From: Vicugna vicugna
Lineage: Eukaryota
DNA: 64,000 nucleotides
Reading direction: 5' to 3'
Assembly (NCBI GenBank): GCA_013265495.1
Contig: MU058252.1
Span: forward strand, 1,026,244-1,090,243
The notes under the pieces: generated by a model
What the model was told of the DNA's origin: nothing
What the model saw: the letters and a program-made list of their open reading frames with translations, nothing else
Databases searched by the model: none
Position numbers and translations under genes: made by a program
Part shown: positions 1 to 13,534 of the stretch, in pieces
How the letters are laid out: each line of letters begins with the position of its first letter
How positions within the stretch are numbered: the first letter of the stretch is position 1

Positions 1-38
1 TGAAGAAATTATCCTGGTAGATGACATGAGTGAATATG
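1..38 (+). CDS. GALNTL5: GALNTL5 coding exon, 3' fragment (..EEIILVDDMSEY-)
   Basis: Encodes the EIILVDDxS motif of GalNAc-Ts; donor G|GTAAGT at 38/39; phase 1 matches the next exon. Confidence 0.9.
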
Positions 39-308
39 GTAAGTTCCCCAAACACCAGTATCCAGTTAATCTACTTCCAAGGCAGTGCTATCTCTGACGG
101 CACTTGAGTTATTTTATACAAAGAAGATTTTTGGTGGGTGTTGAGGCAGGCACTGTACCAGGTGCTAGGTGCACTGGTGGAGGTGTGAGAGCTGGTCCCT
201 GTCCTCATGGGGTGTGGCTAGTGCTTTGATGAGATAAATGTAGGGGCAAGCTGGTCTTTAGAGATCATAGATGATATTCAAGAACTGACATCTTTAAATT
301 GAAGTCTG

Positions 309-656
309 GTAGTAACAATCATGGTTATGGGGGAAAAGGGGGTGGGAAGGGATAAAGTTGGGAGTTTGAGATTTGCAAATGTTAGCCACTATGTATAAAA
401 ACAGATTTTAAAAAATTTCTGCTGTATAGCACAGGGAACTATGTTCAATATCTTGTAATAACCTTTAATGAAGAAAATATTAAAACGAATATATGTATGT
501 ATAAGCACGCCTGCGACATTGTGCTGTACACCAGAAACTGACACATTGTAACTGATGGTACTTCAATAAAAAATAATAAATTTTAAAAATGTAAATAAAT
601 AAAGTTTATATGAGGATACATACATACATGCATACATACATACATACATACATACA
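309..656 (+). mobile_element. 5'-truncated L1 3' end with A-rich/(TACA)n tail
   Basis: ctgtatagcacagggaactat...gctgtacaccagaaac L1 3'UTR motif; TSD TAAATTGAAGTCTG at 295-308 and 657-670. Confidence 0.85.
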
Positions 657-1362
657 TAAATTGAAGTCTGCAGGGTGTGTTGGGTTCCTAAAGATGGAGA
701 GGCAGGAAATAGTATTATAAAGAAGCCAAGGAAATGGCATTATAAAGACCCAGAGGCAAGAGGAAACATGGTGTGTTTGGAAGAGTTCTTTATGTAGATT
801 GTGTATGAGAACAGCATTTAGGAAGGAGAGGGTGCACATGAAACCAGACACGGCAACCGCTCATGCAGGCATTGTTTGAATTTTACTCGGAGAAAATGGG
901 GAATAATTTTAAGCCTTAATGCAGAGGAATGACACAATCCAGATGCTTTACATGAAAGAATTCTCATCAGACCGGCTACACTTAACGGCTTATTCACCCA
1001 TGTTCACTGGCTCTAAAGAACTGTGACACTGGTACAAAATCTGATTAACTATATTTAGCACTTGAAATTAGTTGTCTATTTTACAACTTAATTACAAACC
1101 TGAAGGACCCAGATTAGGGATAAGATCTTTGGAGCCTGCAGGTCCCTGAGGAGTCCATTTCTCACAGAAGCAACGTATCCGTATTGGATAGGTATCTAAC
1201 TGTGTACCTAGTCCACTGTGGGTCTGCCCACCATTGGCTGGGACAGAAAAAGAGGAGGAGAAACAGTAGGAAGAAGAATGGGCAGGGGAAAACAAGAAGA
1301 CGTCCCGGGAGGTTCACCCTCGGGGAATTGACTGGAGGTGCATCAGCTCAAAAGTGGCGTCT

Positions 1363-1820
1363 ACAGCCATAAAAAAGAATAAAATAATGCCGCAACGTGG
1401 ATGGACCTGGAGAATGTCATTCTAAGTGAAGTAAGACAGAAAGAGGAAGAAAAATACCATATGAGATCACTCTTATGTGGAATCTGAAGAAAAAAAAAAA
1501 AGACACGAACTTTTTTACAATACAGAAGCAGACTCACAGACATAGAAAACAAACTTATGGTTTACCAGGGGGGAAGAGGGGTGGGAAGGGATAAATTGGG
1601 AGTTCAAAACTTGCAGATACTGACTACTATATATAAAATAGATACACAACAAGTTTCTTCTATATAGCACAAGGAACCATATTCAATATCTTGTAGTGAC
1701 CTATAATGAAAAAGAACATGAGAAGGAATGTATGTATGTGCATGTATGACTGAAACATTGTGCTGTACACCAGAAATTGGCCCAACATTGTAACCCGACT
1801 ATACTACCACCAAAAAAACA
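1363..1820 (+). mobile_element. L1 3' end (cetartiodactyl type)
   Basis: tggatggacctggagaatgtcattctaagtgaagtaag... followed by the same 3'UTR motifs. Confidence 0.85.
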
Positions 1821-2495
1821 GTATAATGTAACTCACTGTAATGCCAGCTCCATTTAGGAATTTTACTCACTGGCCAGGCACTATTGTATATGTCATTTCC
1901 ATGGGAGCCCCCCCAATCAGAGGGATACAGTCCTGTTTATTTCTAGTCTTGTGCGCTACAGGGGATATGGAGGAATGGTCAGTTTCCTTGTCTGATCAGT
2001 ACACTGAGCAACACATCTGGCCACATGTGAGGCACGAAGTCCCCAGCAAAGCCATGAGCAGGGAACCGGTGGGATCTTTGCTAGACTGTGGAATTCTAAC
2101 TTCTCACGTGGAAGGATAAGGAATCCTGCTGTGAAGATGCAGTTCCAGGATGACCAGAGGACACCTCCCCCTGGCCTTTCAGAACTATGCCACTGAGTTC
2201 AGAGACATACCTGGTCACTTGTTCATAGGTCCTTTAGGCATCAGGGTAATCACTGCTGATGGCTGAGATACGAGTGTGTTGCCAGACCAGACCCTCCACC
2301 TCTCCTCGACCCACGGTCCCCTGGTCAGTGGTGCTTTCACCTGCCCCACCAAGGAGCTTAGTCTTGGTCCCACACAGAGCCTCGGACACAGGAAATGCGG
2401 GAAATGGGTGTTCTGTGTTTTGATGGAGCTCAGGACCAATAGATTTCTGCTTTAATCCACAATGATTTCATGTAGGCTCTAGGAGGACTTTTTTG

Positions 2496-2722
2496 TTTAT
2501 TTGTTTATTTTTAATTGAAGTACAGTCAGTTACAGTGTGTCAGTTTCTGGTGTACAGAGTAATGTCCCAGTCATATCTATACATACATATATTCCTTTTC
2601 ATATTCTTTTTCATGAAAGGTTATTACAGGATATTGAGTACAGTTCCCTGTGCTATGCAGAAAAAAATCTGTTTTTTATCTATTTTTATATATAGCAGTT
2701 TATATTTGCAAATCTCAAACTA
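2496..2722 (-). mobile_element. L1 3' end
   Basis: Reverse L1 3'UTR; TSD AGGACTTTTTTG at 2484-2495 and 2723-2734. Confidence 0.85.
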
Positions 2723-3731
2723 AGGACTTTTTTGAACTGTAGCTAGTCTTTTCCAGGTGACACCAGTAGGCATCACTGATGAAATCCCTCAACTTGGGAT
2801 CTCAGGGGTCGGGGGCCCCCGCTGAGTTGCAGCAGAGGCATGTCCAGAGCCGACCTGCTACTGTCCACCCTCCTCACAGCCCTGATCCCTCTCGGCTATA
2901 AGCCAACAACCTGACCCCCTTCTGAAAAACCCCAACCCTCCACTTAACGTCAGCGATGCCTGCCTCTGGCGTGCCTGTCTCCTCCCGGGTCTGCCTCGCA
3001 GAGCTCTTCTGTGTCCTGGATGTGAGGGAGGTGTTCGCAGACATCTGAGCTGGGATGCTGCCCCTGCCCTTCAAGGGAGGCTGTGCAGCCTGTGGTCTGC
3101 CTCTGAGCAGGGCTCTGGCACTGTTTAAAGACAAGGAAGGAGATCTCTCCTTCTGCCAAGGATCGCCAGCCTCCTCATCCAGATTCCTAGGATTTAGGAA
3201 CCTCTGAGGCACCTGTATCCCTCTCACCGGAGTCTAGCCTCATTTATCACCATCATGTTAACCTCCGAAGATTGAGTGGCTGCTAGGTACCAGGCTCTGT
3301 GCTGAGTGATGTATTTCTTCCTCTCCCTGCAGTGCTGCAGGGAATACGGTGGGTCTCCCTTCTCGCCAATGAGGAAACTGAGACTCAAGTGGTGTGATGA
3401 CCCACCTGGTAGTTACTACCAAATTAGCACAGTTGTTGGTAATAAACTAACAAAGCAACATAACTCATGCTTTTTCTATTAAAATTATAACAGTGATGAG
3501 TTAAAATAGAGGCATCTCACTAGAAAGTGAAGAATATTTACAGTTGATGTCAATGCTGAATCACTTTTCATTCTCTTCCTTCCTTACATAGGATAACATT
3601 TTCTTTTAAAGTTAGAAAACTTCTGTGGAATAAGCATAGTTTTTAGGAGTCAGTCAAAATCATGAGACATTGTTTTAGTTTATGTAGTTATAGTTTTAAA
3701 TTGTCCAGTGATGGTTTTTTTATTTTTCCAG

Positions 3732-3854
3732 ATGATCTGAAGGAGAAACTAGACTACCACCTGGAAATTTTTCGGGGAAAGATTAAAATAATACGAAACA
3801 AAAAGAGAGAGGGACTGATCCGAGCAAGGCTGGTTGGAGCGTCACATGCTTCAG
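3732..3854 (+). CDS. GALNTL5: GALNTL5 coding exon, 123 nt ([41 protein letters not shown])
   Basis: Acceptor tttttccAG, donor [17 protein letters not shown] motif; paralogous to GALNT11 exon 57059-57184. Confidence 0.93.
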
Positions 3855-4061
3855 GTACGAATGGTTCCTTTGGGACCTGACCCTGCATCTGTATCAGAGA
3901 GCTTCCTGCCCTTGCAGAAGTCATCCTCACAGGGACCCTCCGTGTCTCCACTGGCAGAAGCAAAAGAATATATTTCAGCCATACAAGTCTTTAATCCTCT
4001 TTTGACACTGAAGGTATCCTGCTTTAAAATGTCAACTTGTTATTTCAAATAGAAGATACTC

Positions 4062-4740
4062 TTTGGCAGGGACTGCAATGTCAGCCTCCTGTTATGGGAT
4101 AAGTTCTCCCAGCTACAGACTCTGGGATGGAATTGAACATGCAGGGAACCCCCTGGGGTGCTCCTGGGACCACGCCTGTAAAGGAGCGAGGCAAGCAAGA
4201 CTTTATGGAGAGAGTGGCCCTGGGGTGCAGCTGCCTACCCTGGGGTGGGGGGAGACTCTGAAGCCAGGATGGGAAGCAGAGGCAGATGAAACTGGAGGAG
4301 TGTTGACAGAGAAATGTCTGTGAAGGACACAGGGAAGAGGAAGGAGTGTGGCCAGAAGCTTCTGGCCTGACATCTCTGGAGGGAGAGAGGGAAGGAAGGG
4401 AAGGTTGAAAGCCCTCCAGTCTGCTGTGTGGCCCCCAGAAGGACTTGTTTGGGCTGGTGGGGAGCTCCAGAGCAAAGACCCTCCCATTGGAGAAGTCCAG
4501 TATTGGGCCCAAATGGCCCAGCTTGAGTTCTCCCCCATCTCGGGCCCCCTACACACACACACAATGTGCCTAGTCATTGTCCAGGAGCCCGGGGAGGGCG
4601 TGGCCTTGGATTGAGTGCTGCCTGAGATCCCTCAGCAGGTTCCCTTGATGGGAGGCCCCAGCGGCACACTCCCTCCACCTGTGTCCCTGAGTGGCCCCGT
4701 GGGGGAGAGCTTCTCCTTGGTCAGGAACATCTGCCTTGGG
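4062..4740. mobile_element. Old LTR (LTR16/ERVL-like) fragments
   Basis: Resemblance to recalled ERVL LTR consensus; boundaries approximate. Confidence 0.45.
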
Positions 4741-5859
4741 CTACTAAATGAGTAGAAATAAACTTCCACTGCATTTGAGCCTTGATAAATTTTGGAGTTT
4801 TATTAAAATAGCAGCCAGCTTTAACACACCAGCTGTACTCCTGTCTCAGAGCCTTTGCACGTGCTTACCTCCCTCCCCTGGAATGGTCTTCTTCCAGATA
4901 CCTGCATGACCGGTTACTTCACCTTGTTCAGCGCTCTGTTTAAATGTCCCTGTATCAGAGAGGCCTTTCGAAATCACCCTGTTCGAAATAGCAAGCCCCT
5001 CACTACCGTCCTTACTCTGATTTTTTTCATAATATTTGCTACCTGTCAGCTGGACTGTGTTGGTGGTACTGCCCACGTGACTAGTGAAGTCACCATTAAC
5101 CTGCAGTAGCTGAGACAGTTGTGATGGACTGTGTGCTGTGCCCTTGGACGGGACAGAAAATGACTGCTACTGGGTGGAAAATTCCATCAGGGAGAATAAG
5201 ATAATTATGAACACTTTTTTAACGCATTAAACAAATGCTTATTATAAAGCAACTAGTACAGATGAATAAGGAAAACAAATATTTAATTCAAAATGATAAA
5301 ATACATAAAATGAAACTAGGAGAAATACAGGGCAAAAGTCATGAAAATTTAGAGCATTCATGGTGGGAAGTCTCTTGGAGATTTTAGAACTCACCATCCT
5401 TACTTCCCAGTTAAAGAAGCTAATCTCCCCCAGAGATCGGAGACCTGCTCCAGGTCACATAATTCAGGACTCAAACCCACATCTTCTGATTTCCATTGCA
5501 GTTAAACAGTATCATCACACCACCAGGTCATGGAAATGTAGCAACCAACAAAAATGAGAAATTCAAATAGCATAGTCGCTTGAATTGTTTTTTTACAAGA
5601 TCCAAATGGCTATGTTTAACAGATTTATAGTGTGAATTAAATGGAAATGCTTGGATATTTTACAAAAGTTGATCATACACTTAAGCACAAAGAGATTCTC
5701 TATAAATCCCCCCAAACTAGATTTTGCAGACTACATTCTGAAACATCAATACAAAAAATTTAAAAGATATAGCAATAACATAATATATAGGTTTAATATG
5801 TAGGTTAACAGAAATAAAAATATTTAAGACCTTAAAAAGTGATTGCTTTACACAAAATA

Positions 5860-6060
5860 AATTAGTCACAGAAATGAAATGTACAGCATGGGGAATATAG
5901 TCAATAACATTGTAAATATCTTGCATGGTTAAAAAATGGTAACTAGATTTATCATGGTGATTATTTTGTAATGCATAGAAATAGCACATAACTATTCTGT
6001 GCACCTGGAAGTAACATAGTGTTGTAGGTCAATTACACTTCAATAAATTTTTTTTAAGAA
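5860..6060 (+). mobile_element. Older L1 3' end
   Basis: gtacagcatggggaatatagtcaataac...caattacacttcaataaa. Confidence 0.7.
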
Positions 6061-6539
6061 AGGAAACATGATTGCTTTGGAGACCAAATCGAAAATATTT
6101 TAATAAGTTATTTAAAATAAATTAAAATATAATGAGCTATATTTAAAAGTGTAGAAGCTAAAGAAAAGCAGAAAATAAAGTAAGAGGAGAAAGAGACCGA
6201 ATATATTGAGTGAGATTGATACAGCATTGGTTGTTTTTTAAAAATAGAGTAACAAAACTTGCAAACCACAATCCCTAGAGAAATGTGCAAAAATATTGCT
6301 ACAGGCAAGCAGAAAGCAAGCTTCTACTCAGGGAAAGATGGAGAATGTAGCTCCTGACTCTTAACTTCAGTGAGCAACCCATTTGAACATTCCACAGGTA
6401 TTTTGGGGAAGGAAGTATGGGAGAGATCCTTCATCAGGCAGATTGGACCTCAAGCCCTTCACTTATTTTAGGCTCTGAGAAACTGGTTTAATCTGGGAAG
6501 ACAGGGTTGAGATAAGCAGATAAGCTACAGGTGATCGGA

Positions 6540-6622
6540 GGGAGGACCTAGCTCAGTGGTAGCGCACATGCTTAGCATGTAGAGGTCTCTGGGTTCAACC
6601 CCTAGTGCCTCTTTTAAAAAAA
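6540..6622 (+). mobile_element. tRNA-derived SINE (camelid type)
   Basis: A box tagctcagtggta, B box gggttcaacccc, A tail. Confidence 0.8.
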
Positions 6623-6637
6623 TTTTTTTCCCTTAAA

Positions 6638-6805
6638 GGGGGCACTGAGGATTGAACCCAGGACCTTGTTGTGCATGCTTGGCTATATCCACTGAGCTAT
6701 ATCCATAAACAACAGGATCTTTATCTTTATTAATGGAGGTACTGGGGATTGAACCCATGAACTCGTGTGTGCTGAGCATGCCCTCTACCACTGAGCTATC
6801 CCTTC
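6638..6805 (-). mobile_element. Two tandem antisense tRNA-derived SINEs
   Basis: ggattgaaccca...cactgagctat occurs twice (~6640-6702 and ~6735-6802). Confidence 0.75.
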
Positions 6806-8424
6806 CACCACTTTCCTGCCTTTTTTGTTTTAATTCCAGCCATCCTGGTAGATAGGAAGAGGTAAGTCACTGTGTTTTTAATTGCATTTCCTTAATGACT
6901 AATGATGTCGAGCATCTTTTCCTATGCTTGCTGGCCATTTGTGTATCTTCTTTGGAGAACCAGATGTTATTTTTCACCTTTCAAATTAGCCAACATGATC
7001 TTAAAATGTTGATGTTATGTAATATTGTAGAAGCTATTTTAAGTGAAAAATGCAAAGTGTTGAGCAGCGTGTGTGCTGCCCACAAGAAGAAAAACTATAT
7101 GTGTTTTTAAAAAATGGGACTCTTTTTAGCTCAGTTTTGGTTGAGGCACGAAGACAACAGATGTTATATTCCAAAGTGAGTTGTCAGATACACTGCCATA
7201 AAGAAATTTCAAAAGAGGTCTCTGAGAAGCAATAAAAGAACTCAGCTACACTGAGATAGATTGTTAGAATTTGAGCTGGTTTTTGGAGAAAGCTGCTTGC
7301 TAAAAGCCTGGTGAGAGGGGCTTGATACGAATTTCCTATACTGGGGGCTCAGCTAGTTGTCAGATATCAATACAACAAAACCAGAAGCATCCTAGGGGTG
7401 AGGAGAAGTGAACTGAAGTTGGCTTCTTGCCTAAGAATCAAAAGAGCAAAAGAAGGGCTGTGGTAGGGGCACAACCGAGGATGCTTGCTTCTGTGTTAGC
7501 ATCTGTGCTGTTGAGGGAACTTGCTCAGGCAATGGACGATAAGACAGCGATAAAGATCATCTTTGATCATTGGGACTATCTAGAAGGATGGACAGGTGTC
7601 AGGAGAGGAGGAGCCAGAGGTAGGACACAGGATCCTAAGCTGCTGAGGTGGGAGTCGGGACCAGTGGAATAGAATGCATTTGCCCAGTTTTGGGGAACTG
7701 CAGGTGAGAGACAACCGAGGATGGGAGGAGGGGTCCTCAGAATCGCTGAGTCAGCTCAGAGAGCACCCTGCTGTCTTACCAAGGAAGAACCTCCCTGCCC
7801 CATTCACAGCTTTCCTCTCACTCTACTTTGGCTTCAGTGAAGTCAGAAACCACAGCGAGTAATCTGGGGAAGGAGACCAGTAAACAAGAGATAAGAAGGC
7901 TTAATCCAAAGGCAAGTGACCAGTCCCACAGGGTGACCTAGTTGTGGGGGAAGGGATGATGGCCTGTTCTGCAGTCAGGGAAGTTTTGATTGCAACATGG
8001 GACTGGAAATTCTAATTGCTGAACTGAGACTGTTTTCAACTTCAATTGTCTGTAAGACTTTTCACTTAACCTAAGAGTTAGCAGAGAAGTCTTGGGGCCT
8101 GCTCTGGTTTGTAACCCATGGCAGGGAAAGGACCATTCCTCCCTACAGATTTAAAGGAGCAAAATTAAGTTGCTTTTCCCCAGTCCTGCTTATTCTAGGA
8201 ATTGGTAGAACAAATACATGTGAACATTGGCTGAGACCTGTGCACACGATTTTGGATGGATAGATAAGAAACCAGTGATTTGAGCTGAGGGATTAAGGTT
8301 ATGTCATTTTTAGTGATTTAAAATTCTGTCATGAATTGTATATAAGAATACTAGTTGTATTTTATAGTAAGATTTAGAAGATGTACTCTTTCTTTCCAAT
8401 ATGACTCTTTCTTTCCTAATGATT

Positions 8425-9045
8425 TTAACAATTTTATTGAGTCACAATTCACACGTCACACAATTCACTCACTGAAAAGTGTACAATGCAATGTTTTTTA
8501 GTATATTCCAAGGTTGTGTAACTATTTTATTGCCAAATAATATTCCATTGTGTGGTTATACCACATTTTGTTTATCCATTCATCCATTGATGGACGTTTG
8601 AGTTGTTGCCACTTTTTTACTATTAGGAATAATGCTGCTGTGAACATTAACGTACAAGATTTTGTGTGGACTTGAGTTTTGTTTCTCTTGGGTATATACC
8701 TAGAATTAGAATTGTTGGGGCATTTGGTAACTTTATGTTTAATTGTTGAGGAACTGCCAAGTAATTTTTGCAAGTGGCTATAACATTTTATATTCCCATC
8801 AACAATGACTAAGGGTTCCAATTTCTCCACAGTCTCACCAATGCTTGACATCAAGAAGTCCTTCAACTTTGTCCTTTATCAAAATTGTTTGAGCTAATTT
8901 GGGCCCCTGGCCTTTCCATTTGAGTTTTAGGATCAATTTCTGTAAAAAGAGCCAGCTAGGATTTTGATAAGGATTGAGTTGAACCTGTAGATCAATTTGG
9001 CTGATTATTACCATTTTAACAATACTAAGTCTTCTGATCTCAACA
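8425..9045 (-). mobile_element. L1 fragments (ORF2 C-terminus/3'UTR)
   Basis: ORF 8522-8866 translates to L1 ORF2-like MFTAALFLIVKKW..PSMDEWINKMWY. Confidence 0.8.
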
Positions 9046-9658
9046 TAGGCTATTTCTCACACTTTTCCTATAATTTCCCTATATATGTTGGCTACAAGAA
9101 AAAGTCTAAACTCTGTACCTGCACTTTGAGGTCCCTCCCAGTTTGAGACCAACTACTGTAGTTTAATAACATGTATGTTTCCTTTTGGCCATGCCAAGGG
9201 TTCCTGTGTTCTCTAAGCAGAATGGACCCTCATTAAATCTTGAACTCAAGAGCAAAAATAATTATACATCTTCACATCCCAAGCACCAAACTAAATACCA
9301 AAGAAGGTTTTCTTGCAGTAACGTTTGCTAAATTGACTTGATCAATCAAGGCTGAGGTAAAATAATGCTTTTAAACTGAAGGCCAGCTCAGTTCCCTCTG
9401 CTTCTTTAGAATCTTCCCCAAACTACTCTCCAGCCCACAGTTCACCAGTTTCTTCTGAATATTGGTGGCACATGATGTCCTGTATTTTTGGTGCAAAATA
9501 AAGTATGTGTTTCTTGTCTCCTCCCAGTGAAGCTGAAAGCACCGTATAGCCAAACACACAGTAAGTGCTGAACAGCTGCTTGCTGCATTGAACTTTGACT
9601 TGCGTTACCCGGTGTTTCATCCACGTGCGCTGACGTGGACCTGTTCTTGCCTCCCCAG

Positions 9659-9908
9659 GGGACGTTCTGGTGTTCCTGGACAGCCACTGCGAGGTGAACA
9701 AAGTATGGCTGGAGCCCTTGCTGCATGCCATTGACAAGGACCCCAAAATGGTCGTGTGTCCTCTGATCGATGTCATTGACGATATGACCCTGGAATACAA
9801 GCCCTCTCCTGTTGTGAGGGGAGCTTTCAACTGGCACCTACAATTTAAGTGGGACCTTATTTTCTCTTACGAGCTGAATGGACCAGAAGGACCTACTAGA
9901 CCTATCCG
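9659..9908 (+). CDS. GALNTL5: GALNTL5 coding exon, 250 nt, with the DxH (DSH) motif
   Basis: Acceptor ctccccAG, donor [30 protein letters not shown]...VVCPLIDVI...[12 protein letters not shown]. Confidence 0.95.
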
Positions 9909-11619
9909 GTGAGATTTCTTCGTAATGGAAAATAGCATGTATGTATTGGGAGGGGGAGGGGAGAAGCTTCCAGAGATTATTACATTGATTTCTTGAGCTT
10001 AATGAAGGGACATTTTTAATTATTTATCTTGCTTCTAAAAGTCTATAATAATAGAATTTGGTAGGCTTTGTTTCTTCAGTTGAAAATGAGCCTATCACCT
10101 CAGTTCAGGGTCCCACCATGGTCAGTATCCCTCTGATTTCAGAGGTCCGTCTTTAAAACATGGAGTTGGTTCTCAAGTTACAAGTGGCATGTTGATCAAT
10201 GAACAAAACACGGGCACTGTGGATAGCCCAGAAGAAGTAGATGTCTCTGCCAAATTCGTATATTTATTCAAGTCTTCCATCTACAATTTTATAGGTTGAG
10301 ATGAATGTGATTATTAGTCTTGGAAAATGTGTTTCTAAATGTGAGAACAATTTGAATGTTGTGACTTCTAACTGCTTTTAGGAAGTTGTTTCTCAAGAGA
10401 CTTCCTCCAGGTCACTCCCTACATTTACTGATAACTTTGACACCAGGCTCACTTCTCTTCTTTGACTGTTAACCGCTTTGTTTCACCAAGCACCTGAGTA
10501 TATTTTCTAACACCATCACCTAGCAAGTCCTTGATGTTTGCCTCTCTTCTAATTTAGGTAGAGCTGTGTGATCTTTCATGACTTACTTAACCTCTCTGCA
10601 CCTTGTTCTTTATCTGTAAGTCTGGAAAATAGCAATGCTTCACAGGGATGCTAATGAGGATTCAATGACCTATTTCAGAGCTTAGGGCAGTATCGGTCCA
10701 TAATAAGTGTACATAAATGTTAGCTATTTGATGAGCTACAGCCATATCCTGGATCTTGTATCTTCTAAATGACCAGGTATCCTTCTTTCTGGCCACATCC
10801 TAGGACCCTCCTAGTTTTTGCCTGCTCTGCTCCCCTACCCCTACCCTTGGATATCATCAGTATCTCCAGTTCTTTGATTTCTCCTTTTACTCCTTCGGGG
10901 TTTTCTTTCTGCTCCTGTGGTCTAGACTCTCATCTGTGAATTCTCTTCCCACCAGTCCCGTCAACTCCCCAACGTGCTGTGCTGCTGCCACAGGAGCCCT
11001 GCAAGTCTCCACCTCTGGTTAGGTTCCACCAACCATTTCCTTTGTCCCTTTAAGAGATGTGAACTGGTGCTTCTGCACGTTGGTGGTCTCCAGGCTCATG
11101 CTGCTCTGCATCCCCTTTGTGCTCGTTCCCTGAAGTGCATACTCTAAAACTTTATTATTTCCCTTAGTCCTAATATCTGCTCCTGGCCTGAACCGCTACG
11201 TTTAGTAAGCAACCTGGCCTCCTAATTCAAGGAAGAAATGAACACTGTCTAAGAATTGGAAGGAATAATTGGGACGTTAGGTGATACTTTATGCTACAAC
11301 CATGATGGAATATTATGCAGCCATTAAGCATGACCACATATGAATGCTGTATCGCCATTTTCCAACTTTCCCATTGCCTTCTCTAATCTGGTGATTAACC
11401 AAGTCCAGGAGATCCATTTTTTGTGATGACTCTCACATCACATCTGTCCATCTTTCTGACAGTCTTCATGGCCCAGGCTGTCACTGCCTCAGGCATAGAC
11501 GCTACACCATGAAAGACAGTCTGGCCTGCAGGCCCCTCCCCCTCATTCCAATCTCTCTGTTGCTACATTTTCTTGAAACCTCACTTTGCACATGTCCCAA
11601 ATCTCACTTACTGTTTTTC

Positions 11620-12275
11620 CATTGCCTTTAGGATAGCATTCCATGCTGCTGGCTTCTCCCTTCTCTTTGACATGTGTTCTTCCCTTGCCTCCAGACCACC
11701 CCGGCCCCCTGGTCTTCCTCCTGCCTCATGGGTTGTTCCCTCCCATCCCCTTTGCTGATTCTTCCTCCTCTCCCTGACCTCTCATGGTTGACATTCCGAG
11801 GTCTCTTTGTCCTCCTCACCCCTCTTCCCTCACAGTGATTCTCATCCATCTTATACCGATGACCCCCAGATCTATACCTCCAGCTCTGACCTCTCTCAGG
11901 ACACCAGACTCATCTATCTGACTGCCCACTGGCATCTCCTCTTGGATGCTGAGTAGACGTCTCAAATATGTCCCAAACTGAATCTTCCACCAAAAGTAGT
12001 TCCAAGCATGGCATCCTCCATTGCAGTGCATGGTAACTCTATCTTCCAGGCTACCCAGGTCAAAAACTTGGGGGTCAGCCTTGACTCTTCTCTTCCTCTG
12101 ACTCCCTGCATCCTACCTGTAGTAAATCTGCTGTTTCCGTCTTCAAAATATATATGGAATTTAGCCACATCTTACGTCTTTCATTGCTCTCTCCTTAATC
12201 CAAGATTCTATTGTGTTTCTCTGGGACCACTGCAACAGCCTCTAACTAGGGTCGCTACTTCCACCTTGGCCTTTT
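11620..12275. mobile_element. L2 fragment
   Basis: ccagactcatctatctgactgcccactggcatctcctcttggatg...ggggtcagccttgactc, typical of L2. Confidence 0.65.
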
Positions 12276-12828
12276 GATTAACTAACTTATCCCTAACACA
12301 TTATAGTTGCTTTATATATACTATTTGAAACAAATGAATGAATGAATATATAATTATTTTCAAGCTACTTAGTTTGGTATTATTGGACCCTGTTATTTAT
12401 TGGTGGACAAAAGAAAGATGCTTTCTAACATGATGGTTTTCCCAGAAGTAAAAATGACAATTCACTTTATGCCTTTAGGAAGGGAGATCTTTAAACTCCA
12501 CCACCCGATTCAGTCACCACTCCCATGGGAAACTCACATACTAAAAATAATTTTCCCTATCACCAAGACAACATTTAGAATTGATTGCTTACAAAATTTG
12601 GTGAGAGCTTAGAAAAAGCTATTGCTGCCTACTTTTTGGTAGTTATGGTTTTAACTTAGTAATTTTACATACTTACAGGTCTATTAAGATAATTTTGGTA
12701 TTAGTTAATATGGGTGTTTTCTAGCTTTTAAGTATGTTAAGTCTTTAAGTATATTGAGTCTAATTTTGGCAAAAATCTGTAATGACTGAATTAGTGGAAT
12801 CAATTAAATATTTGTGTGTCCTTTTTAG

Positions 12829-12946
12829 GTCACCAGCAATGGTTGGAGGAATTTTTGCTATAAATAGGCATTATTTTTATGAACTTGGACAGTATGACAA
12901 GGGCATGAATCTCTGGGGAGGAGAAAACATGGAAATTTCACTCCGG
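12829..12946 (+). CDS. GALNTL5: GALNTL5 coding exon, 118 nt ([11 protein letters not shown]...[18 protein letters not shown])
   Basis: Acceptor ctttttAG, donor CGG|GTAATT; WGGEN Gal/GalNAc-T motif. Confidence 0.95.
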
Positions 12947-13384
12947 GTAATTCAAACTTTGTGTTTTAAATCGTTAACTTTGTGCATAGAAAGTAAAATC
13001 TAACTTTAAGTCACGTAACTTGCTGTGGCAACTCTTCCCTGTTTCCCACACAAGCCTCTGGTGCATTTGGGTGTCACGTGAAATAAATGATTTACGGGAC
13101 TCCTTGCAGAAATTGAAAACCTTTAATAAAATTTCAGATTTTCTTACCATATGTTATTTCTAATATATGGTATGTCAGATTAATATGATATTTTTAATCC
13201 ATTTGTGGGGTCTTTTTTTTATTATACTGATTGTCTTGGTAGTTGTACCATAATGGGGAAAAAAACAGGATTAGGAGGTAGGGGTCTTGGGTGCCACTAA
13301 GTACATGGGCTATTTTAGGTCTCTGTGTTTCCATCCATAAAGTGACAGGACTGGGTTGAAGATGTCTAACTCTTTTCTTAAAAT

Positions 13385-13510
13385 TTATCTATCTATCTAT
13401 CTATCTATTTAGGAACGGGGAGATAATTAGGTTTATTTATTCATCTTTTGTAATGGAGGTACTGGGGCTTGAGCCCAGGACCTTGTGTATGCTAAGCATA
13501 TCTTCCCCCT
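13385..13510 (-). mobile_element. tRNA-derived SINE with (TATC)n tail
   Basis: ggaggtactggggcttgagcccagg; CTAACTCTT repeated on both flanks. Confidence 0.7.
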
Positions 13511-13534
13511 TCCTAACTCTTAAATCCTGAGATA

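Noticed and set aside
2874..3227. 117-aa minus-strand ORF in a GC-richer intron patch
   Set aside because: No recognisable homology, splice structure or retrocopy hallmarks.
9423..9837. Minus-strand ORFs of 131-135 aa (likewise 59796-60146)
   Set aside because: Antisense shadows of real GALNT exons.
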